Shown: positions 30,536 through 41,630 of the stretch, in pieces
How the letters are laid out: every line of letters starts with the position of its first letter
Position numbering within the stretch: position 1 is the first letter of the stretch
NCBI GenBank assembly: GCA_020348925.1
Contig: CP070758.1
Location: 1,958,030-2,022,029 of the forward strand
From: Gemmatimonadota bacterium
GTDB lineage: Bacteria; JBHIER01; G020348925
Length of the DNA stretch: 64,000 nt
Reading direction: 5' to 3'
Notes under the pieces: generated by a model
Seen by the model: only the letters and a program-made list of their open reading frames with translations
What the model was told of the DNA's origin: nothing
The model's database searches: none
Translations under genes and position numbers: made by a program

Positions 30536-32947
30536 ATCAAACTCGTGGGCAACAGGATCAGGCATTACGGCCTTGTGAGTCCGGACAACGAGGTTAGTTC
30601 TTCTAAGAAACTCCTTTCTATCATCCTCTGGATATACCAGTTTCTCAACAGCTTCATCTATCATGGCCGTATGCATATAGGCCTCTTGTTCTGCTATAAT
30701 TGCCTCGATGTCCACGTCTCTTTCCTTACAGAACGCTTTGGCATCCGCCACAACGTGCTCGAGAATTTCCACAAGTTCTTTCTTGTCCTGAATAGGCGTT
30801 TCCCCAGGTTTGATACCGCCACCCGCATCGGAACCGTAAATGGCCAAGGCTCTCTGAAGATTACGAAATATACCGACATAATCGACGATGAGGCCGTTAT
30901 TCTTCTCCGGAAAGACCCTGTTTGCCCTGGCAATTGTCTGCATGAGTGTATGGTTCCGCATAGGTTTATCAAGGTAAATGGTCGAGCAGCTTGGCACATC
31001 GAAGCCGGTCATCCACATGGCACAGACGAAGACAATACGAAAGGGATCATCCTCATCCTTGAATTTTGTCTCAAGATCCTCCTTCACCATTCGTTTTCTA
31101 TGTGTTAGGATATCAAGTCCCTTTTCCTCAAAATCGGCCTGCTCGTTCTGGGAAACGGAAATAACCACAGCCATATCTGTCTCTTTCATATATTGGGCTT
31201 TCTCGAGAAGGTCATCGTTGCCCACTTCAATTTCGGTCTGTAGTTTATCGAGATATGCCTGCCAGTGCCTCTTCACCTTATCATACATCCTGACGGCCGT
31301 GAAACGGTCAATACAGACCACCATAGCCTTCCCCATCACACCCCGACCCATTAAATGATCGACTAAATCCTCTGCAACTGTCTCAAGCCGATCATCGCGG
31401 GTGATAATATGGTACTCCCGGGTGAAGGTGCGCTCCAGTTTCTTCTCCTGTTCCTCGTCCAGCTCAGCAGCCTCAAGGATAGCCTCCATCTCCTCATTGA
31501 GCTGCTCGTTCGTGAGTTGAAGCTCAGGGATGCGATTTTCATAGTAAAGCGGAACAGTTGCTCCGTCGTCCACCGACTGCTTGAAATTGTAGATGGACAC
31601 ATAATCGCCGAAGACCTGGCGGGTCTTCTCCTCTCCAGCTATTAAAGGCGTGCCAGTGAATCCGATAAAAGCCGCATTGGGTAGTGCCCGCCTCATGTTC
31701 ATGGCCAGTGTATCATACTGGGTCCGGTGGGCCTCATCGGTAATGACAATAATATCGTCCCGGTCCGAGAGCTTCGGATAGTCGGAATCGTCGGGCGTCT
31801 GAAATTTATGGATGATGGTAAAGACAAACTGATGGTCCTCGGTCAAAATCTGCTTGAGATGCTCCCCGCTCTGGGCATGACACTGGTTCTCCTTCTCGGT
31901 GACAATCCCTGTCCCGGCGAAAGTCTTGTATATCTGCGTATCCAGCTCCTTACGGTCCGTGACGACGACGAAGGTCCAGTTGCCCGGAATCCTGCGCATG
32001 ATGTATTGACAGAAGAAAATCATGGAGAAGCTCTTGCCACTTCCCTGCGTGTGCCAGAAAACGCCGAGACGACCTTGATTGTCGTGAATATCCTTCACCG
32101 CCTCAACGGCGCTTTGAACACCAAGAAACTGATGATTCTTTGCAACAATCTTGGCCAGACCTCCTCGGACTTCTGCAAAGACGATGAAATTCTCAATCAA
32201 TTCAAGTAATCGGGATGGCTCGCATGTACCCTGGATCATAGTGTCGAGACTGATGACACCCTCTTCTCCTTCACTCGAGATCTTTTTCCACTCGACGAAG
32301 TGCCCCCAATCAGCCGTCATACTCCCAAGCCTGCTCTCGATACCATTGGAGAGTATGATGAAGGCGTTGTACCACCATAGTTGGGGAATTGTATTGTTTT
32401 TATAATCTCTAAGATTATTATCATAGGCAACCTTTAAGCTTACTGATGGCTTTTTCAATTCAATGAAAACCAGTGGAATCCCGTTGACGCATCCGATAAG
32501 GTCGCAGCATTTGTTGTAAAACTCACCGGAAATTTTCATTTGCTCGGCCAGGAAAAGGTCGTTGTTGGACGGATTCTCCCAGTCGATAACCCGCGCCCTG
32601 TCCGAGCACTCCACGCCCTCCTCGTTTCGCCACGAAACAGGAACACCGTTTTTGAGAAGCTCATGAACTTCCCGGTTGGCGTAGACGGGATTCATGGCGC
32701 TGCGGTTTTTGGCAATCGTCTCGACAACCTCCTCGATGGCTTCGGCGGGCAAATCCGGATTCAGTTTTTGAAGGGCGGCTCTGAGTCTTGATTTGAAGAT
32801 AACATCAGAAGATGTTTCCCTGCCATGGGAGCTGTTCTCACCGAACGTTTCATGAGTAAGATCGGCCGTTTCATAGCCCATCGATTTGAAGCGTTCGACG
32901 GTTGCCAGTTCAAGGGCTCTTTCTGAGCCTAAATGGGGTATAGTCAT
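30536..32947 (-). CDS. hsdR: Type I restriction endonuclease subunit R (3' truncated by gap)
   Basis: D...NGIPLVFIELK nuclease motif, WHTQGSGKS, DEAHRTQY, FTGTP, MWMTGFD, QTIARANR. Confidence 0.95.
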
Positions 32948-33120
32948 GGTAATTGTACGCAACTCGAATTAATATTAGACTTATCCCGACATCAAATGCC
33001 CCATAATCCCGCACTAAACCGGCTTTAATCGCTCATTAACTGTTTAACAGTAAAAACCCTGTAAACTTGACGGTTGCAAATTGCCGAAATGCGCGGTAAA
33101 TGAGCACTAATCGCGCATCC

Positions 33121-33164
33121 TTTATACGCCATTTATGCGCCGTTTATGCGCCATTTATGTGCCA
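33121..33164. repeat. Four tandem 11-bp direct repeats TTTAT(G/A)(C/T)GCC(A/G)
   Basis: tttatacgcca tttatgcgccg tttatgcgcca tttatgtgcca. Confidence 0.85.
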
Positions 33165-34487
33165 TTACTCCTTCTTTCGAATAATATAACGTGTTGTTTT
33201 TCTGACACCTGCCTGGTACAACATACCCAATTCTACGAGTTCTTTTAAATCTCTGAGAGCCTGACGTCTCTTCAAACCAAAAAGCTCTTGATATTCCCGA
33301 TTCGTTATCTGTCCGTGTTCACGAACAAACTCGAGAGCTTTCTTCTGCCGTGGGCTTAGTTCAAGTTCATCAATCACCGGTTCAGGTTCAACCTTTTTGA
33401 CGAATCGGACTTTAAAAACTCCCATCTCGGCGACAAACTCAGGCTTGACTTCTGTTCCCTCACATTCCCGGATTATCCTCAATGTTCCTGTGCCCCAGTT
33501 TTCGATCAATCGTGCCCTATGGAAAACATGGGCGATCTTTGGATTTTTAGGACGAGAAGGATGCTCCGACTTAAGGTCTTCAATCGACAGATCAGGCGGC
33601 AACATGCCAGGATTCCATACTTCAAGCCGGTCGTCGTAGATTCTTATCTGGACCGTGCCTGTGGCGGCGTAGTCCCGGTGGCAGATGGCATTCACAATAG
33701 CCTCGCGAATGGCTTCTTCCGGATACTCAGGAACCACATCCCTCTCAGCCTTTCCAGAGATTCGTATTGCCTGACGTGTATTCCTTTTGATAAAAGCGAG
33801 TGCTCTCTCTAACTGACTGATTAGTCCTCCATCCAGGGTTTGCTCATCTATAAACTCTATAGATGTCTTTCCTGCAAACCGCGCACATTTCACTTGTGCC
33901 TCAGGGAAAAATCGCTGCGGATTGAATGCAAATAAAAGAGCGGCGGCATTGCAAAGTGTGTTTTGATTAGTCAGAAGAGCCAAATTTTTCAACAGATCCT
34001 CAAGAACAGTCTTCCCCAAACCAGTCCTGAGTATAAAATCACCAACATAGACATCACTTATATGATCGAGCTCAAACCCTGAACATGGCAACGCGTCCCA
34101 TGACCGGCCCGTGCTCATTTCCATCAATCGATGGGCCTCCTCCCGGCTGAGCCTCTGATTAGTTCGACCGACGCGTTTAAAAGGGCTTCCAAAAGCCCAT
34201 ACGTGCTTAATGGGACTTTCTTCAACTTTGATGGTGATAACAGCCGATTTTTCTTTTCCCTCATATTTAATGGATGGAAATTGGGGCGGTTCTGTGTTTA
34301 TCTTGATCTTGTTAGCAAGATCTTCGAGGGTACCTTTTCCAATTTCAACACCATGTCGCTTGCCATGCGGATCGATGCCAATATAGACCAAGCCTCCAGT
34401 GCTGGTTGCAAAAGCCGCAACCGATTTTACGACTTGCTTCCACTCATTGAGGGATTGCTTGTTTTCGATTGACTGAGTCTCGCTCAT
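33165..34487 (-). CDS. AlbA_2/Schlafen-like domain, HATPase_c_4 domain and winged HTH protein
   Basis: ETQSIENK...AAFATSTGGLVYIGID; REAIVNAICHRDY, NPG, IENWGTG; C-terminal ITNREYQ...RDLKELV. Confidence 0.88.
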   Translation of the reverse strand: MSETQSIENKQSLNEWKQVVKSVAAFATSTGGLVYIGIDPHGKRHGVEIGKGTLEDLANKIKINTEPPQFPSIKYEGKEKSAVITIKVEESPIKHVWAFGSPFKRVGRTNQRLSREEAHRLMEMSTGRSWDALPCSGFELDHISDVYVGDFILRTGLGKTVLEDLLKNLALLTNQNTLCNAAALLFAFNPQRFFPEAQVKCARFAGKTSIEFIDEQTLDGGLISQLERALAFIKRNTRQAIRISGKAERDVVPEYPEEAIREAIVNAICHRDYAATGTVQIRIYDDRLEVWNPGMLPPDLSIEDLKSEHPSRPKNPKIAHVFHRARLIENWGTGTLRIIRECEGTEVKPEFVAEMGVFKVRFVKKVEPEPVIDELELSPRQKKALEFVREHGQITNREYQELFGLKRRQALRDLKELVELGMLYQAGVRKTTRYIIRKKE

Positions 34488-34491
34488 GGAT

Positions 34492-34732
34492 TCAATCCGT
34501 CCTCCAGACCATGTTGCCTTCATAATTTAGCAGACCGCGGCGGATGGCTCCGTTTATGGCCGACTTGATGGGCGCCCGTACGGTTTCCGTGACCCGGCTG
34601 AAGCCGAGACTGCCTGCGACGTCGCAGATCACATCTTCCCGATCATACTGCCTGCCTTTGCGCATCACCGAAATGATCGCATCAATTATTTCTTCCCTGT
34701 CATAGTCCCCCGCCCGCGGCGTTTCCAGCCAC
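34492..34732 (-). CDS. C-terminal fragment of a hypothetical protein (winged-helix-like end)
   Basis: Open frame from the gap; VAGSLGFSRV...AIRRGLL; ends next to the RBS of the following gene. Confidence 0.5.
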
Positions 34733-35353
34733 NNNNNNNNNNNNNNNNNNNNNNNNNNNNNNNNNNNNNNNNNNNNNNNNNNNNNNNNNNNNNNNNNNNN
34801 NNNNNNNNNNNNNNNNNNNNNNNNNNNNNNNNAAGTCAATATCTTGATACGGTTTAATACCATTTATATATAGAAACGTTTTCGTTCCTTTACCTTCGAT
34901 TCTCATTCATTCTTGCCGTTTCTTTTCGCCGAACAATGAATATATGGTTTCCGTATAAGAAACCTTTTGCCATGTATTACAGAGTAACCGCAGGCTGCAT
35001 ACAGTCTTTCCCCCTCGGCTCAGAATATGGATGTTAATCACCGTGGTTTCAATAACCTTGCCTGTGAAATAACTCTTCACTAATTCGTCGCCTCAAATAT
35101 ATTCAGATATCCAAAATGTTAGTCGCTCGTTGAATTCCACGTAAGTATATTAAACATTTTGATAAAAGTCAAGCCTGTATCTACACTATCGAGAAATTTT
35201 TTAGACTGGAAGATTCTTCCGTCACGAAGAGACGAAAACACAAAGATATATCTATGCGGCCACAAAACCTCGTTCCTGCAAATGCAGTGACCTACAAAAT
35301 TATACAAAATACGTAACCGCAACCGAAAGACGTAACTTGTACAACGGTAGTTT

Positions 35354-36043
35354 CTACATCCACATGCTCAACCTCATCATCCATCTGCGAAATTTTACCA
35401 GCGGGATTACTATCCGCGGGGCCGTGTAGCGGACCGGTTTTTTCTCGATGCACCTCAGCATATGCTGTGCGGCTCTATCGACACTCATCATGAAGGGCTT
35501 GACATCACCCTTGGCCATCTTCGTGTCCACGAATCCGAACCGCACGTTCGAGACATGAACACCCCTCGGTTTGAGGGCAAGGGCCAGGCTTTCGAGGTAG
35601 TTCGAGAATCCGGCCTTCGAGGCATGATAACTGGGCGCTTCAGCGGATAACAGCTCGTCCGCCAAACTGGAGAGGCCAATGAAGTGTCCCCTGCCTCTTT
35701 TAACCATGGGAGAGATGACACAAGAGGCGGTCTTTATCATGCCCATAAGGTTGACCTCGACAATTTCAACCTCCCCTTTCATATCTGAAGGTTCCAACAC
35801 CTCCCCTATCCCTGCACAGTAAATACACACGTCGATCGGCTCATCCTTTTTCAGAACCGATCTCAACAGTTCGGAGTACCGGTCATCCTGTACTTCGGCC
35901 ACAATATGCTCGTAGGACGGATCCTTTATCGGAGACTCGCTCCTGGAAATGCCGACGATCTTCCATCCTGCCTTCAGAAGCTCCCTGGTCGTAGCCAGTC
36001 CGATACCATCGGAATTTCCTATGAACAGTACTTTTGTGCTCAC
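35354..36043 (-). CDS. Short-chain dehydrogenase/reductase
   Basis: GNSDGIG, YCAG, YHASK (YxxxK), GFVDT. Confidence 0.9.
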   Translation of the reverse strand: MSTKVLFIGNSDGIGLATTRELLKAGWKIVGISRSESPIKDPSYEHIVAEVQDDRYSELLRSVLKKDEPIDVCIYCAGIGEVLEPSDMKGEVEIVEVNLMGMIKTASCVISPMVKRGRGHFIGLSSLADELLSAEAPSYHASKAGFSNYLESLALALKPRGVHVSNVRFGFVDTKMAKGDVKPFMMSVDRAAQHMLRCIEKKPVRYTAPRIVIPLVKFRRWMMRLSMWM

Positions 36044-36090
36044 AGATCTACCTTCCCACAGATTTCATTTCACCTGCTCCATTTATGAAC

Positions 36091-36181
36091 TGTCATTTCG
36101 GCTCCGATGTATCGGGGAATCTCCTCGATTCGCAAAACAGACTCTCAATTAAGGAGACTCCGGGATAAACCCGGAATGACA
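36091..36181. repeat. REP-like palindromic element, copy 3
   Basis: tgtcatttc...ggaatctcc...ggagactccgggataaacccggaatgaca. Confidence 0.8.
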
Positions 36182-36407
36182 TGGTCTATGATTTATGACA
36201 GGGTCTCTAATTATGGAATATGCCATGGAACAAAGTTCAAAACCGGTGTTCATGGTAGCCCAATAAATATTTCGTGTGCTGTTGCGTTTACGCTGAGTTT
36301 ATGAATACTCCAGGTTTCATCTCTTTCATTAATGAACGCATAAAAAATATGACTGAAACAACCGAAGAAAGCATACGTCGAGCGATTCGAAGTATCAAAA
36401 AATAGTG

Positions 36408-37013
36408 TCAAACAAGCTTTTGGCCGAGCTTATAGGCTTTCTCAAAATAATACTCGACCCCTCTGTGTTCGATATCCCCGGCGTACATGTCCCCCACCGT
36501 CCTGGCATTCAGCGCATCCTTGATGGTCCCTCTGATAAGCGGCGTGGCCTGATCACAAAATCGTCTGTACAGTGGCCGGATGATGCCGGACGTGACAATA
36601 ATAATTGCCCTTCGTTTCTTTTCCGATCGAGGACGGGGGCACCCGTGTATGGTCAAGTAGCTCTTCTCAGGTGTGCTGAATGTCCAGCAGAGCCTTTCGA
36701 GAAACGCCATCATGAGTGCTGTGGCGTACCCCATATGCACGGGTGTTCCGAAAATAAGCGAATCGGATTTGAGGACATCCTCGTAAAGAGCGTCCATATC
36801 ATCCCGGATCGAGCAGGGAGCCATCGGCTCCTTCGTTTTGCTCTCCCGGCAGACGAGACAATTCCTGCAGAACTGAATGTCGTAATCAATCAGGTTGAGC
36901 TTCTTGACGTGGCAATCCGGGTGTCTGGCCTTCACCCCTTCCACTGCTTTGTCAACCAGTGCATCGGTTGCTTTCCCTTTTCGCGGGCTTCCGACGATGG
37001 CAAGAAGATTCAT
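36408..37013 (-). CDS. Iron-sulfur flavoprotein/flavodoxin family (NADPH-dependent FMN reductase-like)
   Basis: GSPRKG, CxxCxxC...C, IRDDM, GTPVH. Confidence 0.88.
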   Translation of the reverse strand: MNLLAIVGSPRKGKATDALVDKAVEGVKARHPDCHVKKLNLIDYDIQFCRNCLVCRESKTKEPMAPCSIRDDMDALYEDVLKSDSLIFGTPVHMGYATALMMAFLERLCWTFSTPEKSYLTIHGCPRPRSEKKRRAIIIVTSGIIRPLYRRFCDQATPLIRGTIKDALNARTVGDMYAGDIEHRGVEYYFEKAYKLGQKLV

Positions 37014-37388
37014 GTCAGTGTCTCCCATGTGAGGTAAGGTTTCATGCCAGTGACCTCCTGCATCCTCGAAGAAGTGACTCCGGTTCGTCTGGGCAGTTGT
37101 TGCGAGCATCGGGCCGTCGGCGCCGGTGGTGTTTCAGAAGACGGTTTCCTTCGAGCCCGGAGAAAGATTTCCTTCGATTATCCTGACAATAGGAACTCGG
37201 TTTCATCATAACATCCTCTGCGTGCAAAGTTTTTGAAACATATGAAATTTACGCACAATAGTCACGTCTCCTCGATTTCAAGGACCATCGGCATGGAAAA
37301 GAAGCCGCGGTTTGGCAGCCTCTCGCCCTCCCGCTTCGAAAAAAGTGGGGCGAAACCTCCCTCAACCGGACCCCGGTCTCACGTGAGA

Positions 37389-38207
37389 CTAAAAAGTTCC
37401 CAAAAAGCACATGACAATGGTTCCATGCCCAGGTCCTATGCTGAGTTTGAAACTGTCCGGTAAAGGGATCCCCAAAAACGCGTCAGTCAAAAACGCACTG
37501 ACAAAATACCCCAAAGCGATTCCGGCCAGGACATCTGAGGGATAGTGTTTCCGGGCTTCAACCCGGGACCACGCCATGCCAACAGTGATTGTTTCCAGTC
37601 CCAGCTTGGCTCCGGTCCGAAATGTCGGCGAGACCGGCCAATGATTCATATTTCTGGAGGCAAGCATGATCTGAGAGGCCGCATAGGAAGTGTGTAATGA
37701 GGGAAAACTGGTGAAATCCGATTCAGCATTCGGCCGTTCCCGTCCAATCGTATTCTGGAGAAACCGCGTCATGTGGAAGGTCGCCTGATTCGCCGAAACT
37801 CCCACCGCGACACCCTTTGATTTGGCACATATCCAATCTGCCGCGTGTTCGCCGCCTGGTGTTGCCAAGACACTCAGCCAGTAGGCTATATTCGAAGCCC
37901 GAATGAGAGTGGCGCTTGCCCGACAAGCGTTCGCCTGCGACCCGAAGACCGGTGTCCGCTCAACCGCCCATTCCGCCACCTCTTCATCCATGTCATGAAT
38001 CTGGAGAACAACGGCACCCAGGAGAGGAGCCCAAACTCGAGGCGTCCGCAGGGCATTTTTTGCAGCCTGACCGGCCCGCGACCATCCTGGGGTCAGTGTC
38101 ACATCCTGTCCCCACCTGCGATTATTATGAAGCGTTCCGCAGCTCATCATCAACGCACTTCCACAAAGGAGACCCATAATCCGGGTTACCGTTTGAGATC
38201 TATTCAT
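37389..38207 (-). CDS. PAP2-family phosphatase, possibly a lipoprotein
   Basis: RERP, SFPSLH, SRVEARKHYPSDV; lipobox-like LMMSC. Confidence 0.85.
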   Translation of the reverse strand: MNRSQTVTRIMGLLCGSALMMSCGTLHNNRRWGQDVTLTPGWSRAGQAAKNALRTPRVWAPLLGAVVLQIHDMDEEVAEWAVERTPVFGSQANACRASATLIRASNIAYWLSVLATPGGEHAADWICAKSKGVAVGVSANQATFHMTRFLQNTIGRERPNAESDFTSFPSLHTSYAASQIMLASRNMNHWPVSPTFRTGAKLGLETITVGMAWSRVEARKHYPSDVLAGIALGYFVSAFLTDAFLGIPLPDSFKLSIGPGHGTIVMCFLGTF

Positions 38208-38225
38208 CGTTTATCGACCATACGG

Positions 38226-41200
38226 TTATTTGCACGCCACAAAACGTACAATCTTTTTTGAACCTTCGATGATCTCCTTCAATAAAAGAATGACCCGTTC
38301 TATCTCTTCTTCACTGTTTTCATATCCCAGGGAGAAGCGCAGAGCACAATGGGCTTGTTCCTCCGTCAGCCCCATGGCCAGCAGGGCGTGGGACGGTTCG
38401 GGAGAACCGGAGTGGCAGGCCGATCCGGATGAAAAGCAGACGCCCCGCCTGTCCATTTCCAAGACAATCGATTCACCTCTGAAACCGGGCAAGGTCACAT
38501 TGAGCGTATTGGGCAGCCGTCTGCTTCTGTGACCGTTGAACTCATAATCTTCCACAATATCACCAATACCTGCCTCAAGACGATTGCGCAGTTTTTTTAA
38601 CCGCTCCATGTGCCCGAGATATGCTGGGACGTTCTCCATGGCTCTCCCAAAGCCCGCGATCTCCAAGACATTTTCAGTGCCGGATCGAATTCCACCCTCC
38701 TGACCTCCCCCATGAATCAAGCTTTCCAAACGAACTCCCTTTCGAAGGTACAATGCTCCGACACCTTTCGGGCCGTGCACCTTGTGACCTGAAAGGGTTA
38801 ATAAATCGACACCGAGTGCCTCCACATCCACAGCTATTTTCCCCAGGGCCTGAGCGGCATCGGTATGGAAAAGAATGCCCTCCGCTTTGGCTACTTGGGC
38901 CAGCTCTTCTATGGGTTGCCTGGACCCGGTTTCGTTATTGGCCAACATGATCGTGACCAAACAGGTCCGATCTGTGATGGATTTCTCCAGATCATTCGGC
39001 CTGACACAGCCTGTTTCATCCACGTTCAGATACGTCACATCAACATCATAGTTCTCCAGCCATCGACAGGTGTCCAACACCGCCGGGTGTTCGATGGAGG
39101 AGGTGATGATGTGATTCTTCTTGCCCCAATTGGCAAAGGCGACACCTTTGATGGCCAGATTGTTCGCTTCCGAGCCGCAGCCGGTGAATACGATTCTTTT
39201 GGCCGTGCAATTGATCTGGAGGGCCACTTGACACCGCGCCTCTTCAACGATCCTTCCGGATTTTCTCCCCTCCCGATGGATGCTTGAGGCATTACCGTAC
39301 ACGTCCATGATCTCCTGCATATACTCTTTCACCTCAGGAGCAAGGGGCGTCGTGGCATTATGATCCAGATAGATTGTTTCTGTGGGTTTCACGTCTTGTC
39401 CTCTAAATCTATCTAAGTGTTGTCTTTCTTCGGAATCGATGATGAGTGGTGCACCGCCATCATCCATTTTGACCACATCACATAAGAGCGACTTGTAGAC
39501 AGGAAAGCCGGATATGGGATCACAGTTGCCCGCGTCGGTCAGCTCATTAATATTGCATTCCTGCCAGGCTCTCGGTCCCACAGGGCTGCCACCGGCATGA
39601 TTGGCCTCGATGGCACCTCTGACAATATCCTCCGTGACCGCGGCCCGCATGACGACCGAACCTCTGGGGCTTTTAACATGCACTTCGTCGCCATTCCGTA
39701 TCCCTCGCGCTCGAGCGTCATCGATATTGATGGTGACCGTGGGCTCGGGTTGTTCCCTGGACAAACGCCCTATGCCGTGGTGCTGCGTATGAAAACTGGT
39801 TCTCAGCCTGGCTCCGGAATTGAAGACCAGCGGGAAGTCCTTCAACAATTCCGGTTGAGATATCGGCCCCTCTTTCGGCTCCGTGAATTTGGGGAGCGGC
39901 TCGTACCCATACTCCTCCAGGATGGTGGAGGCGATCTCGAACTTTCCCGAAGGCGTATCGAAGCCGGCCCTGCCATCGGGACGGAGCAAGCCCTTTTCCC
40001 ATTTCCTGTATTGCATCATCTCCGTTTCGATGGAAACCGTGCCGCCTGCTGCTCTGACGTCCTCCAGGGTAAAGCCCGATCCTTTCAACACGTACCGCAG
40101 GAGCTCCTCCTGCGTCTGCGGATAGAGATGACCGTATCCCAGCCTTTGTGCCAGTTCCGCAATAATAAAAAAATCGCTCCGCGCTTCACCCAACGGTTCG
40201 ATCACCCGTTCCCGAATACGAAACGTCGAGCCGTAGGTCATGTAGGAGACATTTTCATAGTACGTCGTGGCGGGCAGAACGATATCGGCATACGCGGCAT
40301 CGGCCGTGAGCTGCCGGTCTACGGTCACCAGGAAATCGAGCGCATTCAGTGTTTTCCTCCAGACGGACGGATTGGGCCACGAGGTCGTAATCGAGCTGCC
40401 CAAAATAATCAATGACCGGATCTTGTAGGGCTTTCCCTGTAAAACGGACTCCGGCAGCGCCACAGCATGGGCCTCATCCCTGTATTTGACATAGATGGGA
40501 AACCTATCCCGCCCCAACCTCGGTCCCACATCGGGATTGGCAATGAGGCCTTCTCTGTTTATCGGAAAACGATTTTTTTCCATGGAAAAACAAAGACCCC
40601 CCGGCACATCGAGCTGACCGGCCAGGGCCCAGAGAACCAGGCTCGCCCGAATGTTTTGGACCCCGGAGTTGCTGTACTCCAGACCGGTGTACATGAGTTG
40701 AGACACACCCTTGGCCCCTGCCAGTCTTCGGGCCAAGGTGACCACCGTTTTGGCAGGAACACCGGTAATGTGCTCCACGACCTCCGGCCGAAAATGCTGA
40801 ACGTATTCCACCAGGCCCTCAAAACCGATCGTCCAGTCTCGAACGAAGGTTTCGTCGTAGAGTTCCTCCTCGATCAGAACATGGATCAGGCCCAAAGCGA
40901 GGGCACCATCGGTACCCGGCCGGATCGGAATCCACTGAGCCCCGGTCAGCTTTGCGGTCGCCGTTCTTCTGGGATCGATGACGACGACATCCGCCCCGCG
41001 TTTCCGGGCCTCGAAAATCCGGTGCATGTCAATCGGCGGAAGATCCGTGGCCGGATTGGTTCCCCAGACCACAATGAGCTCTCCATTCTCGATATCCGAG
41101 AACATGTTCATAAACATACGGCCCATGGTCAGATGGGGTGCGATCATGCCGTACGCCACATAGCACAACGCCCCGACGCCCATGGAATTGGGCGATCCGA

Positions 41201-41630
41201 AGGGAAACAGTACGCTGTTCGCAGAGGATATGGCAACGCCCTTGGGCTGATACACATCACACATGGACAGTTCGAAACTGCCAACGCCGGTATAGATGGC
41301 TGTCGCTTCCGCACCGGATGTCTCCTTTATCGATGTCAAGTTGTCGACAACGGTCTCATACGCTTCATCCCATGAGATCCGCTCAAACTCGTAGGTTCCC
41401 TTCCGCCCCCTTCTCTTCATGGGATACAAAAGACGATCTTCGGAATAGACGATGTCCGGCGAATGCTCCCCCAGTTTACAGATAATTCCCATGGGTGTGC
41501 CTTCGTCAGGTCTGACGCTGACGAGCCTCCCCTTGTCATCGAATGCAGCAACAATCCAACAGCCGGCGCTGCAAATTCCGCAAATGGCCCGTTTTTCAAA
41601 ATTCGTATTCAAGGCTGCCACACTGTTCAC
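38226..41630 (-). CDS. Molybdopterin/tungsten oxidoreductase - cysteine desulfurase fusion; probable metallopterin-dependent ergothioneine synthase (MES)
   Basis: N-terminal CxxCxxxC...C 4Fe-4S motif and bis-PGD family motifs (RLLYPMKR, WGTNP, IDPR, PGTD, ADIVLP); C-terminal IscS domain (DHNATTP, TDAAQ, SGHK, SGSAC); overlaps the EgtD-like gene. Confidence 0.88.
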   Translation of the reverse strand: MNSVAALNTNFEKRAICGICSAGCWIVAAFDDKGRLVSVRPDEGTPMGIICKLGEHSPDIVYSEDRLLYPMKRRGRKGTYEFERISWDEAYETVVDNLTSIKETSGAEATAIYTGVGSFELSMCDVYQPKGVAISSANSVLFPFGSPNSMGVGALCYVAYGMIAPHLTMGRMFMNMFSDIENGELIVVWGTNPATDLPPIDMHRIFEARKRGADVVVIDPRRTATAKLTGAQWIPIRPGTDGALALGLIHVLIEEELYDETFVRDWTIGFEGLVEYVQHFRPEVVEHITGVPAKTVVTLARRLAGAKGVSQLMYTGLEYSNSGVQNIRASLVLWALAGQLDVPGGLCFSMEKNRFPINREGLIANPDVGPRLGRDRFPIYVKYRDEAHAVALPESVLQGKPYKIRSLIILGSSITTSWPNPSVWRKTLNALDFLVTVDRQLTADAAYADIVLPATTYYENVSYMTYGSTFRIRERVIEPLGEARSDFFIIAELAQRLGYGHLYPQTQEELLRYVLKGSGFTLEDVRAAGGTVSIETEMMQYRKWEKGLLRPDGRAGFDTPSGKFEIASTILEEYGYEPLPKFTEPKEGPISQPELLKDFPLVFNSGARLRTSFHTQHHGIGRLSREQPEPTVTINIDDARARGIRNGDEVHVKSPRGSVVMRAAVTEDIVRGAIEANHAGGSPVGPRAWQECNINELTDAGNCDPISGFPVYKSLLCDVVKMDDGGAPLIIDSEERQHLDRFRGQDVKPTETIYLDHNATTPLAPEVKEYMQEIMDVYGNASSIHREGRKSGRIVEEARCQVALQINCTAKRIVFTGCGSEANNLAIKGVAFANWGKKNHIITSSIEHPAVLDTCRWLENYDVDVTYLNVDETGCVRPNDLEKSITDRTCLVTIMLANNETGSRQPIEELAQVAKAEGILFHTDAAQALGKIAVDVEALGVDLLTLSGHKVHGPKGVGALYLRKGVRLESLIHGGGQEGGIRSGTENVLEIAGFGRAMENVPAYLGHMERLKKLRNRLEAGIGDIVEDYEFNGHRSRRLPNTLNVTLPGFRGESIVLEMDRRGVCFSSGSACHSGSPEPSHALLAMGLTEEQAHCALRFSLGYENSEEEIERVILLLKEIIEGSKKIVRFVACK

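Noticed and set aside
33121-33164. CRISPR array
   Set aside because: Repeats are 11 bp with no spacers, and no cas genes are present in the window
38226-41630. Selenocysteine recoding or a housekeeping IscS/formate dehydrogenase
   Set aside because: The ORF is continuous with no in-frame TGA; the fusion architecture and egtD linkage fit MES better
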